A stretch of 64,000 nucleotides of DNA. It comes from a virus. The notes under the pieces were generated by a model. The model ran no database searches. It saw nothing but the letters and a program-made list of their open reading frames with translations, and was not told the DNA's origin. The DNA lies in IMG/VR virus record IMGVR_UViG_3300037193_001894, positions 17,352 through 81,351 of that record. One strand, written 5' to 3'. Within the stretch, counting starts at the first letter, position 1. The number at the start of each line of letters is the position of its first letter. A program made the translations under genes and the position numbers. Of this stretch, positions 46,724 to 56,773 are shown one piece after another.

Positions 46724-47374
46724 TCAGTGCCAGTCGCCCGGCCCGAACCCGGGCACGGTCACCTCGGCCGGGTCCTCGTCGGGACCCAGGGCCACCACGC
46801 TGCTCAGGACGACCTTCGAGAGCGGGGCCAGGTTGCCGCTGGTGTTGTCGGAGACGAACTCCCCGATGACCTCCATGTTGATGGTCCGCTCGTAGATTAT
46901 TTCATCTGTTCCCCAGGGTGTGCCCGGGGCTGCGGCGTTGCCTCGCGGCTCGATCTCGTCGAAGTCGAAGTTGGCCGCGATGAAGTCGTTGCTCTCGACG
47001 TGCTGGCGGAACCGAGCCCGGAGCGGGTCCTGTCGGCCGAAAGCGAAGACCTTGACCAACTCGTCGTAGAGCCGGTCGCGCTCGCGGGAGGTCAGCGCGG
47101 TGATCGTGAACGAGGCGTACCCCGAGAACCGCCAGCGGGTGAACGGGATGAAGGTGCCGTCCTGGTTCTCGCCGAACTCCTTGTGGTCCACGCCCGCGAT
47201 CGAGAGTTTCCCGGTGTCCTCGTAGTCCACCCAGATGCCGGGGTAGTTCATCTTGTCCGCAGGCCACTCGATCGAGCAGTGCACGTCCCGGAAGTCCTGC
47301 ACCGGGTACTGGGCGTCGAAGGTCTCCTTGATCCCCTCGACCAGCATGGTCTTGAGCCGGGCCAGGTAACTCAT
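46724..47374 (-). CDS. Tail terminator / neck protein
   Basis: YPGIWVDY, ALTSRERDRLYD; directly upstream of sheath. Confidence 0.7.
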   Translation of the reverse strand: MSYLARLKTMLVEGIKETFDAQYPVQDFRDVHCSIEWPADKMNYPGIWVDYEDTGKLSIAGVDHKEFGENQDGTFIPFTRWRFSGYASFTITALTSRERDRLYDELVKVFAFGRQDPLRARFRQHVESNDFIAANFDFDEIEPRGNAAAPGTPWGTDEIIYERTINMEVIGEFVSDNTSGNLAPLSKVVLSSVVALGPDEDPAEVTVPGFGPGDWH

Positions 47375-47787
47375 CGGATGTGCCTCACCTTCACGGTCGG
47401 AGCGCCCAACTCCATCAGGGCAACGGCTCGGTGGTGGCCCTCGACCAGCGTCGGGCCATTCTCGTGGTCGTCATCGTCGGGGTCGGGGTGCCGCACGTCC
47501 ACCGGCTCCCGCTGGCCGTTGCGTGCCAGGTCCTTCTTGAGGTGCTCGATGTAGGTGCGCGCTCCGCCGTGCTTGACCTCCTCGGAGTGGGCACCCAGGT
47601 CCTCCATTGACACCTCGCCGTCGTAGGAGTCGTAGTCCTCGGAGGCCTGGTCCCAGGCGAACTCCATGTGCGGGCGCAACTCGTGCACCTTGCAGTCGAA
47701 GTCGCCGGAGTGGTAGCGCTTGAACTCCTCCATCGGCACCTCGGTAGTGGAGCCGTGCTCGATGGCTGTCCTCCATAGCAGGCTCAT
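47371..47787 (-). CDS. His/Asp-rich ParB/Srx-like domain protein
   Basis: LKKDLARNGQREPVDV...LVEGHHRAVAL ParB-N motif; N-terminus MSLLWRTA. Confidence 0.75.
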   Translation of the reverse strand: MSLLWRTAIEHGSTTEVPMEEFKRYHSGDFDCKVHELRPHMEFAWDQASEDYDSYDGEVSMEDLGAHSEEVKHGGARTYIEHLKKDLARNGQREPVDVRHPDPDDDDHENGPTLVEGHHRAVALMELGAPTVKVRHIR

Positions 47788-48506
47788 CGCTGGTACTCCG
47801 CCCCGTGCACGAACTGCCGCCAGCGGTCGTCGGCGATGTAGATCCGGATCGGGATGATGCCGTTCCACTGGCAGGCCAGGGTGAGCGCGTTGTTGAGGAA
47901 CAGCCGGGGCTCCAGGCCGGGGTGCCTCCAGCGGACCCCGACGTTGCCCCGGGCGATCGCCCCGGCCACCTTGCCCACGGTGGTCATCGGGGCTGCTGCC
48001 TCCCGCACCGCGATCCGGCCGGGGGCACCGGGGTAGGAGGCGGGCCGGTCCTCGACCACCATCGGCTGGCCGGTGACGGGGTTGCGCTTGTACTTGGTGA
48101 TCCGCTGGCCCTTGCGCGCCGCCTTGCGGAAGATCAGCACCTGGGTCTTGCCCGAGACGGTGGTGCGGACCTTGGCCTTGGGGTTCTTCGCCCGCTCCTT
48201 GCCGGTGGGGTCGTCGATCCACATCGGGATGACCTTCCCGGCCAGGTTGTTCATCGTGAACGGCCGGATGCCCTTCTCCTGGAACCAGACGTAGTTGTCG
48301 CTCCAGCGCAGCCCGAAGTAGTCCTTGCCGTACAGCGGCTGGAGCCTCGACGCCGACTGGCCCGAGTTCTTCGGCATCTTGCGGCGGGCCTCGGCCACCG
48401 CCATGTTGGCGATGTTCCGGGCGCGGTTCGGCCGCAGGCCCTGCACGTACATGACCAGCCGGTCAGGGGTGCCGGAGACCTGGATCTCGGGGGTGTTGGC
48501 CAGCAT
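47784..48506 (-). CDS. Neck / tail completion protein (basic)
   Basis: MPKNSGQSASRL, YVWFQEKG, WRHPG..PRLFL resemble HK97 gp10-like proteins. Confidence 0.6.
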   Translation of the reverse strand: MLANTPEIQVSGTPDRLVMYVQGLRPNRARNIANMAVAEARRKMPKNSGQSASRLQPLYGKDYFGLRWSDNYVWFQEKGIRPFTMNNLAGKVIPMWIDDPTGKERAKNPKAKVRTTVSGKTQVLIFRKAARKGQRITKYKRNPVTGQPMVVEDRPASYPGAPGRIAVREAAAPMTTVGKVAGAIARGNVGVRWRHPGLEPRLFLNNALTLACQWNGIIPIRIYIADDRWRQFVHGAEYQR

Positions 48507-48979
48507 CAGCCGTCCTCCATCCGGGGGTCAACGTAGCCGCCCAGGGAGCCGTCCTCGTTCCAGTGGCGCACCCGGTCAGGGTGGTCCAGGGCGTACTGGC
48601 CGAGCGGCCCGGAGTCGATCCGGTCTCGGAACTCCTGGATGTGCTGCTGCCGGTGCTGCTCGTGCTCCTCGGGGTAGAACAGCCGCTCGTGCTCGTGGTC
48701 CCAGTTCTGCTGGGCGTACCCCTTGATCCGGTCCATGGTGGGGCCGTGGGTGCACTCTCGGGCGCTCGGGCAGGACTTGTAGGCCACCTCCTGGGTGTGG
48801 CCCCGCTCCGGGCGCTGCGGATCGCGGAGGTGGAAGTGGTCGTGCAGACCCGGTTCGTCGGGGTAGTCCTCGTCGTAGTGCGCCCGCAGGTAGTCGTGCG
48901 CGGTCTGCTGGACGTACTCCTCCGACGGCTCGCCGTAGTCGCGCCCATGCAGGGCCGCGCTCCTCCACAGCAGGCTCAT
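48506..48979 (-). CDS. His/acidic-rich hypothetical protein
   Basis: 15 His in 157 aa; N-terminus MSLLWRSAA; coupled on both sides. Confidence 0.75.
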   Translation of the reverse strand: MSLLWRSAALHGRDYGEPSEEYVQQTAHDYLRAHYDEDYPDEPGLHDHFHLRDPQRPERGHTQEVAYKSCPSARECTHGPTMDRIKGYAQQNWDHEHERLFYPEEHEQHRQQHIQEFRDRIDSGPLGQYALDHPDRVRHWNEDGSLGGYVDPRMEDG

Positions 48980-49230
48980 CCGTCGCCGTCCCCGTTCCCG
49001 TTGGCCTCGTCCTGCTTGACCTCAGCCCGCGAGGCTTGGTACGCCGACCAGTGTCCGACGAAGTTGGCCCACACGCTCATCAGGGCCACCCACAGGACCG
49101 ACTCGCCCCACCACAGGACGGTGGGGACCACCAGCAGTCCCCAGATGACGGTGGTCACCAGGTGGAAGGTGCTCAACTGCTTCGGGGTGGGGGTCGGGGT
49201 CTTCTCGTTGATCTTGCTCAGCAGGCCCAT
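48976..49230 (-). CDS. Small two-TM membrane protein
   Basis: VIWGLLVVPTVLWW..SVLWVALMSVWANF; AGGAG RBS. Confidence 0.75.
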   Translation of the reverse strand: MGLLSKINEKTPTPTPKQLSTFHLVTTVIWGLLVVPTVLWWGESVLWVALMSVWANFVGHWSAYQASRAEVKQDEANGNGDGDG

Positions 49231-49943
49231 CAGTCGTCTCCTACTGGGATCAGCGGTGCGCGGATGATCTCGAACGTGGAGAAGTCCACGGGGACCTTGC
49301 TCGCCGTCGCCAGCACGGCGTCCACGGTGGCCCTGTTCGGAGGGATCAGGTAGGCCACCGAGGTCGGGTCCTCCAGCGAGGCCCTGGCGTGGTTGTAGCC
49401 GATCGCGTCGGCGCTCTGGAGCGGCATCCCGAAGCCGGTGCGCAGGGTGACCCGCTGCGGCACCCGGAGTTGGAACCGGTTGCCGTTGCCCCGGAACACG
49501 TAGTCGCCGCTGCGCACCCGGAAGTCGGGGGTGCTCTCCACCGAGAGGTCCTCGGGCTTGGCGATGCCCCGGGCCTGCTTGGTCTCGCCCTCGTCGGAGT
49601 CGGAGAAGATCGCGGGCCGGACGATCCGGGCCTTGAACCCGCCCTCGAAGGTCGTGCCGAAGCACTCCGGGCAGCGGTGCTCGATCGGCTGGTTGTAGGT
49701 CTCGGCGATCTTCTGCTCGATCGGGTCCGAGGATCCGTAGCAGCGCGAGCATCGGGCCACCAGACCGGCCTCGTGGTCGGCGATGTGCCAGAGCAGCACG
49801 AAGACGGCGTACTCCCCGACCTGGTAGATCGCCTGGGAGTGCCGCATCCGCTCCTGCTCGACGGCCCAGTCCTGCTGGTCGCGGACGTAGTAGGGCTGGG
49901 CCGTGGGCACGTCGGTGGACACCGGGGGCTCGCGGTACGTCAT
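49230..49943 (-). CDS. Head-to-tail connector (stopper) with zinc ribbon
   Basis: CSRCY...CPECFGTTFEGGF; position in neck cluster. Confidence 0.65.
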   Translation of the reverse strand: MTYREPPVSTDVPTAQPYYVRDQQDWAVEQERMRHSQAIYQVGEYAVFVLLWHIADHEAGLVARCSRCYGSSDPIEQKIAETYNQPIEHRCPECFGTTFEGGFKARIVRPAIFSDSDEGETKQARGIAKPEDLSVESTPDFRVRSGDYVFRGNGNRFQLRVPQRVTLRTGFGMPLQSADAIGYNHARASLEDPTSVAYLIPPNRATVDAVLATASKVPVDFSTFEIIRAPLIPVGDD

Positions 49944-50007
49944 GCCCACCCCTTCCGATCGGTCACCTCACCCCTTCGCAGGGCTCAGGCCGGGCCGGAC
50001 AGGAGAG

Positions 50008-51051
50008 TCAGACCAGCACGGACGCCCGCAGCGAGTGCAGGGGCAGCCCGACCACCAGCGCGTCCTCGATCGCGTGGGAGATGGCCTCGTGCCCCATCTC
50101 GTTCGGGTGGGTGCCGTCGGGCAGCAGCATCGTCTGCTTGTCCCAGTAGGGCTCCACATCGACCGGGATCACGTTGGGGAACTCCCGGGCCACCTCGTCG
50201 ATGAGCGCGTTGAACGCCGCACATGCCGCGTCCGAGCCCTTGGTGGCCGCGCCCGTGGACCAGTCGGCCAGCATCGGCTCCTTGACCAGCACGATCGGGA
50301 TCGGGTTGGCCTCCTGGCGCAGCACCACGTCCAGGCTCATGTTGCCGCTGCCTCCGGTCCTGGTCAGCCGGATGGTGTGCCCGGCGCACCGGGCCGGGAC
50401 CTTCCAGCCGTAGGCGATCCCGTTCTGGGAGATGGCCGGGTGGAGGCGGTTGGAGAGGTTGAGGGTGGCCAGGGTCTCGTTGGCGGTCTCGTCGGTGACC
50501 CGCACGGTGGCGGCGTTGCTCTCCGGACGACCCCGGAGCATGACGTACTCCCGGCCCACGGCTGGGAACTGGACGTACGCGCCCACGTCGTCCGAGCCCT
50601 TCCAGCCGCCGCCGTCAGAGCCCTCGGCGTAGCCCCCGGAGGTCTTCCAGCCGGTGCCCCCGTAGGTGAACGTGGCCGCGTCCTGCTCCAGCCGCCTGGA
50701 TGCGCTCAGGGTGGCGCAGATGCCCCGCAGGGCGTTCCGGGCCGTCTCCAGGTACAGCGGGTTGGCTCCGTCGATCCTCAGGGTGTTCAGCAGCGCCTGG
50801 ACCAGCACGACGCCCCGGGTGCCGACCTGCCACGTCTTGCCGCCCTGGGAGCCGTAGACGTTGGACAGCACCTGCTCGGCCTCGGCCCCGTTCGCCCCGC
50901 GCTGCCAGTAGTCCTTGTCGCCGAAGTCGCAGCCCATCTCGCGGGCGACCAGCATCGGGTAGCGCTTGGAGTTGTCGGGCAGGCCGTAGCCGTTGGTCCA
51001 CGAGTGGCCGTAGACGAACAGGTCCACGTCGCGCAGCAGGGTGGTGGTCAT
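50008..51051 (-). CDS. SGNH/GDSL-family esterase
   Basis: Block I variant YGHSWT, GANG, LLN, DGTHPNEMGH. Confidence 0.85.
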   Translation of the reverse strand: MTTTLLRDVDLFVYGHSWTNGYGLPDNSKRYPMLVAREMGCDFGDKDYWQRGANGAEAEQVLSNVYGSQGGKTWQVGTRGVVLVQALLNTLRIDGANPLYLETARNALRGICATLSASRRLEQDAATFTYGGTGWKTSGGYAEGSDGGGWKGSDDVGAYVQFPAVGREYVMLRGRPESNAATVRVTDETANETLATLNLSNRLHPAISQNGIAYGWKVPARCAGHTIRLTRTGGSGNMSLDVVLRQEANPIPIVLVKEPMLADWSTGAATKGSDAACAAFNALIDEVAREFPNVIPVDVEPYWDKQTMLLPDGTHPNEMGHEAISHAIEDALVVGLPLHSLRASVLV

Positions 51052-51059
51052 GGGTCTCC

Positions 51060-51683
51060 TCAGAAGGCCGTGATGCGACGGATCATGATCTCGCAGCCAC
51101 CGAAGTCGGGCACGAGGTTCAGGGCTGCTCCGGAGGTCTGGGAGGCCCAGACCCGGAGGGTGTCCCCAGCGGCGAGCACCTGCTCGCTCTGCGCCGAGAG
51201 CGTGGTGGAACCAGCCGCTGCTCCTGACCGGTTGTCACCTGCGACCGAGGCCGAGGTGCCGGTGGGGACGGCGGTGGTGTTCTTGGTGACGATGACCGCT
51301 CGACGACCGCTAGAGCCGTTGTCGAAGGTGATGTTGGTCGAGACCGAGTAGAGCCCCGCCGTGGCCACCGTGAAGTCCCGGTCGGTGGACACCGAGATGT
51401 CGCCGTAGGAGTAGTCGCTGGTGCCGAACGCGACCTGCTCGAAGGCACCCGAGGCGATCGACGCGGTGCCGACCTTGTAGCGCCGGATCGCCACCAGGGC
51501 CGACCCGATCACGACCCAGGCTGCCTGCACCGGGTCGTAGATGCGGTAGGCCCTGGTGTCGGTCTCGTAGATGACCTGACCGCCCACCGCAGGGGGTCGG
51601 GTCGTCGAGGTGCACACGTACGCGCTCGACCCCGGGTTCAGCGGGATGGAGACCCCGCCGATCTTGACCATCGCGACGCCCAT
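51060..51683 (-). CDS. Fibre protein with C1q/TNF-like C-terminal domain
   Basis: VCTSTTRP..GQVIYETDT; FTVATAGLYSV, LAAGDTLRVWASQ. Confidence 0.65.
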   Translation of the reverse strand: MGVAMVKIGGVSIPLNPGSSAYVCTSTTRPPAVGGQVIYETDTRAYRIYDPVQAAWVVIGSALVAIRRYKVGTASIASGAFEQVAFGTSDYSYGDISVSTDRDFTVATAGLYSVSTNITFDNGSSGRRAVIVTKNTTAVPTGTSASVAGDNRSGAAAGSTTLSAQSEQVLAAGDTLRVWASQTSGAALNLVPDFGGCEIMIRRITAF

Positions 51684-51685
51684 CG

Positions 51686-51859
51686 TCAGTCCTTCGTCGT
51701 CTCGGAAGCCTGGTTGGACACGTCGGTGCCGGAGACCACCGTGCGTCCGCCGATCGTCTTGGTCGAGCCGGGGCGTCGTACGCCGCGCCCATTGACGCCG
51801 ATGGGGCTCTCGATGGCAGTGGGCCAGAGGCCGTCGAGTTCGGGGACCTGGATCGTCAT
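51686..51859 (-). CDS. Small hypothetical protein (57 aa)
   Basis: ATGA overlap, AGGAG RBS. Confidence 0.6.
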   Translation of the reverse strand: MTIQVPELDGLWPTAIESPIGVNGRGVRRPGSTKTIGGRTVVSGTDVSNQASETTKD

Positions 51860-54552
51860 GCAATCTCCTGGAGGATGAGGGTGGTGTCGGGCTGGATGGT
51901 CACGGTCGAGGCCGCCACCTCGGAGCGGAAGTCGAGCCGGAAGGTGCCTGCGGCGTTGACCCTGATCTCGCCCTCGATCACGAAGCCGTAGTCGGTGTTG
52001 GCGGCGGCGACGCCGGTCGTGGAGGCGGCCACGACGTTCAGGGCGGACTGGGCCTGGTGGGTGTAGGTCGTCGCGGTCAGGCCGTAGATCAGCGTCTCCC
52101 AGCGGATGCCGGTGGCCGTCGCCGTCCCGCCCATCGTGAGCCCGATGCCGGTGCCGGTCGCGGCGGTGCGGTACTGGCCCCTGACCTTGAAGTGGTACAC
52201 CTTGCCCGCCTCGACGTTCACCGACAGGCCGCTGGCCGCGTAGGTGACGGAGGTCGAGGTGGGGGCGGTGGTCAGCCTGCTGGTCAGCGGAGCAACGCGC
52301 CGCCCGCCCTCCAGGTACTGCCCCGTGGCGTTGATCGCCGAGAGCACCGCGCCGGTGCTGTCCTGGTTCTGCTGGAGGTCTCCGGTCTGGCTGGCCAGGC
52401 CCTTCTGGATGACCGGCACCCCTGCGGTGGTGGCCGGGCGGAACGTCTGGGTCGCCGTCCAGGACTGAGCCGAAGCCAGGGACGCACCGCTGATCTGGGT
52501 GGGGGTCGCGTCGTCGTCCCACCAGATCGTGCCGTCCGGGGCTCCTGCGGGCTCCGAGGTGGCGATCGGGATGACCGGACGGGGATGGGTCCAGGCCCCG
52601 TCGAAGATGCGGATGGCCTTCATCTCGGTGTCGTAGACGCTGTGGCCCTGCCCGGCTGGCCACGGGTATCCCAGGGACCAGACCGGCTGGAGCAGGTTGC
52701 CTGCGATGTGGAACTCCAGGGCCGTCGTGCCCCAGGTGCCCGTGCTCGGGTAGTCGGTGCGGAAGACCTGGCCCCCGAACGAGGTGCCCTGCTCGACGAA
52801 GACCTCGGCCCCTGCCGCCTCGGCTGCGGAGTCGAAGTCGGTGGGCCGGGTCCAGGCCCCCGTCTGCACCACCCAGATGCCGTTGTTGTAGCCGTCGCCG
52901 CCACCCAACGCGCCCTTGAGGTACACCAGCACCCGGTCGCCAGTGACGCAGGAGACCCCATCGAGGGTCTGATGCCCGGAGAGGGTCGGGTTGCCGCTGC
53001 TCGCCTTGACCCGGTAGCGGTTCTTGGTGGCGTCGGTGCTGCCTCCTCCACCGCCCGTGCCGTAGCCGACCCAGCCGATGTTCCCTCCGGAGCCGGACTC
53101 CTTGACGTACAGCGTGGTGCTGGAGCCCCCGTCCTTGCGGATGAAGGTCGAGCCGACATCGGCGGTGATGACGGCCTCGGGAGAGCCGGAGCCGACCAGG
53201 TGGGCGACGTTGCCGCTGCCCGTCGAGTCGTCGTAGTACTGGCCGGAGTTGCCCTCCAGGAGGTTGCCGTTCACCAGGCAGTCGGCGGAGTTGCCGGTGA
53301 TGTGGACCCCGAACTGGGACAACTTCGGTGCCCGGGAGTCCGTCACCTGGTTGCCGGTGATGACCGTGCCGCTGCCGTTGTAGACGGTGATGCCGTTCCA
53401 GAACTGGCCCACGTTCCTGACCACGTTGGCCGTGACCGCCGTGCCCGGCACTCCCACCACCTGGATGCCGTGGTGGCCCGGCTCGATGACCGAGTTGCCG
53501 ACCACCGTGCAGCCGCCCCCGGTCGAGGTGGACACGTCGATGCCCTTCTGGGCGGGGGAGTAGACCTGGTTGCCGACGATGGTCTGGTGGGAGCCGCCGT
53601 CCATGCAGATGCCGGTGATCGCGCAGTCCTTGATGACGTTGCCGCTCACCGCGACCCGGACCGCGTTGCCGGTGTCGATGGCGTTGCCGCCCACGTTGAG
53701 CACCGAGCAGTCGGAGACCACGACATCGGTGTTGGCAGCCCCGCCGAGCGCGATGCCGATGTAGCCGGAGGCATCCACCTCGCAGCCGTCGATCCGCACG
53801 TCCGAGGAGGCCCCGACCAGCGCGATGCCGATGCCCGAGGCCGACTTGACCTGGCAGTTCTCCAGCGAGTAGTTGCTGCCCCAGACCGCGATCCCCGTGT
53901 AGGTCCCTGTGTCGAGGTCGTCGCCCACCCCGGAGTCCACCACCCGCACGTTGCGGAGGGTGACCCCCACGCACTGGTAGGAGTTGATCCCCCGGGTGCG
54001 GACGTTCTTGATCTCGACGTTCTCGATGAGCGCGTTGACGGCGGTGACCAGAGACAGCCCGTTCGAGGTCCCGGTGGCGCTGGCCTTGTTCCCGTCCAGG
54101 GTCAGGTCGCGGACCGCGAAGTTGGTCTGCCCGCCAGCGGGGTAGTCCAGGATGTGCTGGTTCGCCACCGCCATCATCTTGATGGTGGCCGCGCCCCGGC
54201 CCCCGCCCATCAGGGTGACGTTGGTCCGCATCAGCACCGGGGCGTTGACCATGTAGGTGCCGGGCGGGAACCAGACGATCCCGCCCCCTGCGGTCGAGGC
54301 AGCGGACGAGGCGTTGTTGATCGCCGTGAGGTCGTTGGTCGAGCCGTCCCCGGTAGCCCCGTAGTCCTTGACGTTGAAGAAGACCGTCGGGTGGGTGTGA
54401 CCCGCGAGGGACACCTCGACCTCTGCGGCCGTGCCGGTCCGGGTGTACCACTTCCCGGCCCGGGGATAGATGATCCCCCACCCGGCCCCGGGCGCAGCCG
54501 GAGCCGAGGCCACCTCCTTGACTTGAGGTGCGGACGCGAAAGGCTTACCCAC
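51856..54552 (-). CDS. Fibre/spike with right-handed beta-helix (pectate-lyase-like depolymerase)
   Basis: FNVKDYGATGDGSTND..AIN..GGGIVWFPPGTY and many xGNxV repeats. Confidence 0.88.
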   Translation of the reverse strand: MGKPFASAPQVKEVASAPAAPGAGWGIIYPRAGKWYTRTGTAAEVEVSLAGHTHPTVFFNVKDYGATGDGSTNDLTAINNASSAASTAGGGIVWFPPGTYMVNAPVLMRTNVTLMGGGRGAATIKMMAVANQHILDYPAGGQTNFAVRDLTLDGNKASATGTSNGLSLVTAVNALIENVEIKNVRTRGINSYQCVGVTLRNVRVVDSGVGDDLDTGTYTGIAVWGSNYSLENCQVKSASGIGIALVGASSDVRIDGCEVDASGYIGIALGGAANTDVVVSDCSVLNVGGNAIDTGNAVRVAVSGNVIKDCAITGICMDGGSHQTIVGNQVYSPAQKGIDVSTSTGGGCTVVGNSVIEPGHHGIQVVGVPGTAVTANVVRNVGQFWNGITVYNGSGTVITGNQVTDSRAPKLSQFGVHITGNSADCLVNGNLLEGNSGQYYDDSTGSGNVAHLVGSGSPEAVITADVGSTFIRKDGGSSTTLYVKESGSGGNIGWVGYGTGGGGGSTDATKNRYRVKASSGNPTLSGHQTLDGVSCVTGDRVLVYLKGALGGGDGYNNGIWVVQTGAWTRPTDFDSAAEAAGAEVFVEQGTSFGGQVFRTDYPSTGTWGTTALEFHIAGNLLQPVWSLGYPWPAGQGHSVYDTEMKAIRIFDGAWTHPRPVIPIATSEPAGAPDGTIWWDDDATPTQISGASLASAQSWTATQTFRPATTAGVPVIQKGLASQTGDLQQNQDSTGAVLSAINATGQYLEGGRRVAPLTSRLTTAPTSTSVTYAASGLSVNVEAGKVYHFKVRGQYRTAATGTGIGLTMGGTATATGIRWETLIYGLTATTYTHQAQSALNVVAASTTGVAAANTDYGFVIEGEIRVNAAGTFRLDFRSEVAASTVTIQPDTTLILQEIA

Positions 54553-54591
54553 GTTGGCTCTCCATCAGGTGATCGGTCAGGGTGGCGAGGG

Positions 54592-56298
54592 TCAGCCCAT
54601 CACCACCGTGCGCAGCGCGCTGGCGGCGTACGCCACGTCGGCGGTCACGCCGATGGAGTTGGCCCCGATGACCCGCCACGACATCAGCACGTCGGCACCG
54701 TCGGCAACGGTGCGGAACATCGCCTGCACGTCGGTGGTGTTGAGGTTGTGGGTGATCGTCGCCTCGACTCCGGCCGTGAGCGCCCCCAGGTCGGCCGCGT
54801 ACTTGCCGACCGCGCCCAGGTTGGTCCGGGCGGCTGCCGCCGTGGTCGCCCCGGTACCACCCTTGGTGACCGGGACGTTGCCGACCGTGATGTTGTCGGC
54901 GTTGACCGTGATCGAGCCGTCGGCAGCCACCACGTCGAAGGTGCTGCCGGTCAGCGTCAGACCGGCCCCGGCCACGTAGGTGACGCCACCGGTCGAGAAC
55001 GCGGTCCAGTTCTGGGTCCAGGCCCCGGGCGCTCCGGCCGGGGTCGCCTGCTGGATGTAGATGTACCCGGCCCGGGTGCCCTCCGCGACCGCGACCGTGG
55101 TGCCGTCGAGGATCTCGCCGGTCGCGTCGGCGTCGGTGGCCCGGGTCGCGGCGACGGCCGCGCCGTTCCAGACGTAGATGCCGTTCTGGCTGGTCGTCGT
55201 CTGCGCCGTGGCCAGGAACCGGTCGTTCGCCGCCATCGCCACACCGTCGAGCGAGGCCCCGGGGGAGGCCAGGTTGACGTTGGTCGTGGTGGCGACGCGC
55301 ACCGGGTCCTTGCTCCCGGCCATGCCCTGCCGGGCGGCGTCGAGTTCGGACCGGATCACGAAGTCGTTGGCTGCGCTGGAGGCGGCACCGTTGGTGATCC
55401 GCTGGCCACCCATGCCCACCGCAGAGGTCGGAGCCGCGATCTGGTCGAGCCGGTAGTTGCCCGGCATCGCCTGGGCTGCACCGTTGCCCAGGGTGCGCAT
55501 CGACGGGGTGGCGGCAGCGCCGTCCTTGTTGGCCGCTGCCACCTTGGCGTCGGTGACCGCCAGAGCCGCGATGGTCGGGTTGGGGTAGGTGCCGGTCAGG
55601 TCGCCGCCCGCACCGCCGCTGGGGGCGCGGGAGTCGCTCAGCCGGGAGTCGTCGGCCCGGACCACCTGCGTGGTGTTGCTGGTGCCCGAGGTGGCCACCG
55701 GGAGCCGGGCGATGTCGAGCGTCCCGGCGTTCACGTCCGAGGCGTTGTGCGTGTGGGAGGTGTTCGCCTTGCCCGCCAGCGCCGTGTCCAGGCCGGTCAC
55801 GTCGGAGGTGGCCAGCGCCGCGTTGACCCAGCCGGTGCCGTTGTACCGGACCACGTTGCCGGTGGCGGCAGCCGAGATCGTGACATCGGACAGCGTGCCC
55901 AGGGCGTGGGTGTGGTTGCCCAGGGCCACCGTGGTGCCGGTGGTGCCGGTCGGGATCCGGGCGATCGCGAACGTGCCGGAGGTGACATCGCCAGCGGCGT
56001 GCGCGTGGCCCAGGGCCGAGTAGGAGCCGTCGTGGTTGTGGTTGCCCACCGCCACCGTGGTCGCGGTCGTGCCGGTCGGCAGTTCGGCGAAGGCGACCTT
56101 GCCGCTCGCGTCCAGGGTGCAGACCGAGAGCCAGGCCCCGTTGTGGTAGATCTTGAGCCGGTTGGGGTTGACCGAGGTGTCCACCCACAACTGGTTGTTC
56201 CCGGGAGAGGTCGGGGCTGTCCCGGACGCCTCGGGCACAAACCCGATGACCGGGATCTTCATCAGGTCGATCTGCGACCCGAACTTCTTGGCAGCCAT
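54592..56298 (-). CDS. Fibre protein with HxH metal-binding repeats
   Basis: HNHD, HAHA, HTHA, HTHN repeats; KDPVRVATT...QNGIYV module; GGDLTGTYPNPT. Confidence 0.75.
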   Translation of the reverse strand: MAAKKFGSQIDLMKIPVIGFVPEASGTAPTSPGNNQLWVDTSVNPNRLKIYHNGAWLSVCTLDASGKVAFAELPTGTTATTVAVGNHNHDGSYSALGHAHAAGDVTSGTFAIARIPTGTTGTTVALGNHTHALGTLSDVTISAAATGNVVRYNGTGWVNAALATSDVTGLDTALAGKANTSHTHNASDVNAGTLDIARLPVATSGTSNTTQVVRADDSRLSDSRAPSGGAGGDLTGTYPNPTIAALAVTDAKVAAANKDGAAATPSMRTLGNGAAQAMPGNYRLDQIAAPTSAVGMGGQRITNGAASSAANDFVIRSELDAARQGMAGSKDPVRVATTTNVNLASPGASLDGVAMAANDRFLATAQTTTSQNGIYVWNGAAVAATRATDADATGEILDGTTVAVAEGTRAGYIYIQQATPAGAPGAWTQNWTAFSTGGVTYVAGAGLTLTGSTFDVVAADGSITVNADNITVGNVPVTKGGTGATTAAAARTNLGAVGKYAADLGALTAGVEATITHNLNTTDVQAMFRTVADGADVLMSWRVIGANSIGVTADVAYAASALRTVVMG

Positions 56299-56308
56299 CC
56301 GCCGTCTC

Positions 56309-56773
56309 CTATCTGAATACGCGAGCGACGCCCGCTGTGGGGTAGTACCAATCGACCTCGATCGTGTTGGGGTCCAGAGGTCGGACGTATCCCTCGATCG
56401 GCTCGTTGCTGGTGTCGAACAACTCCACGCTGAGCGCGTAGGTCCCGAGACCGTGGCTGATCAGCCACGTCGTGGAGGGTGTTGCGAAGGAGTACTCCAG
56501 GAGGAGCGCTCCTGGACCTGCCAGGCCGGGCTCGCCCTGGAGACCCTGGGGACCCATCGGCCCGGTCGGACCTGCTGGGCCGTCGCTGGAGATGACCAGC
56601 ACGTCCTGCACGGCGTCGGCCTCACGCTGCTGCACCACCGGGGCCATCGGATCGGGGGCGTCGAACAGCAGGAAGTCGGAGGCCGCGTCGTCGGAGTCTT
56701 CGATGTAGGTCTTGATCGGCTCGTCCCAGACCAGCACGTCCGGGAGGGTCGGCTCCTCGACCACCTGGGTCAT
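56309..56773 (-). CDS. Collagen-like fibre-associated protein
   Basis: Gly-X-Y repeat GPAGPTGPMGPQGLQGEPGLAGP; WLISHGLG. Confidence 0.75.
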   Translation of the reverse strand: MTQVVEEPTLPDVLVWDEPIKTYIEDSDDAASDFLLFDAPDPMAPVVQQREADAVQDVLVISSDGPAGPTGPMGPQGLQGEPGLAGPGALLLEYSFATPSTTWLISHGLGTYALSVELFDTSNEPIEGYVRPLDPNTIEVDWYYPTAGVARVFR

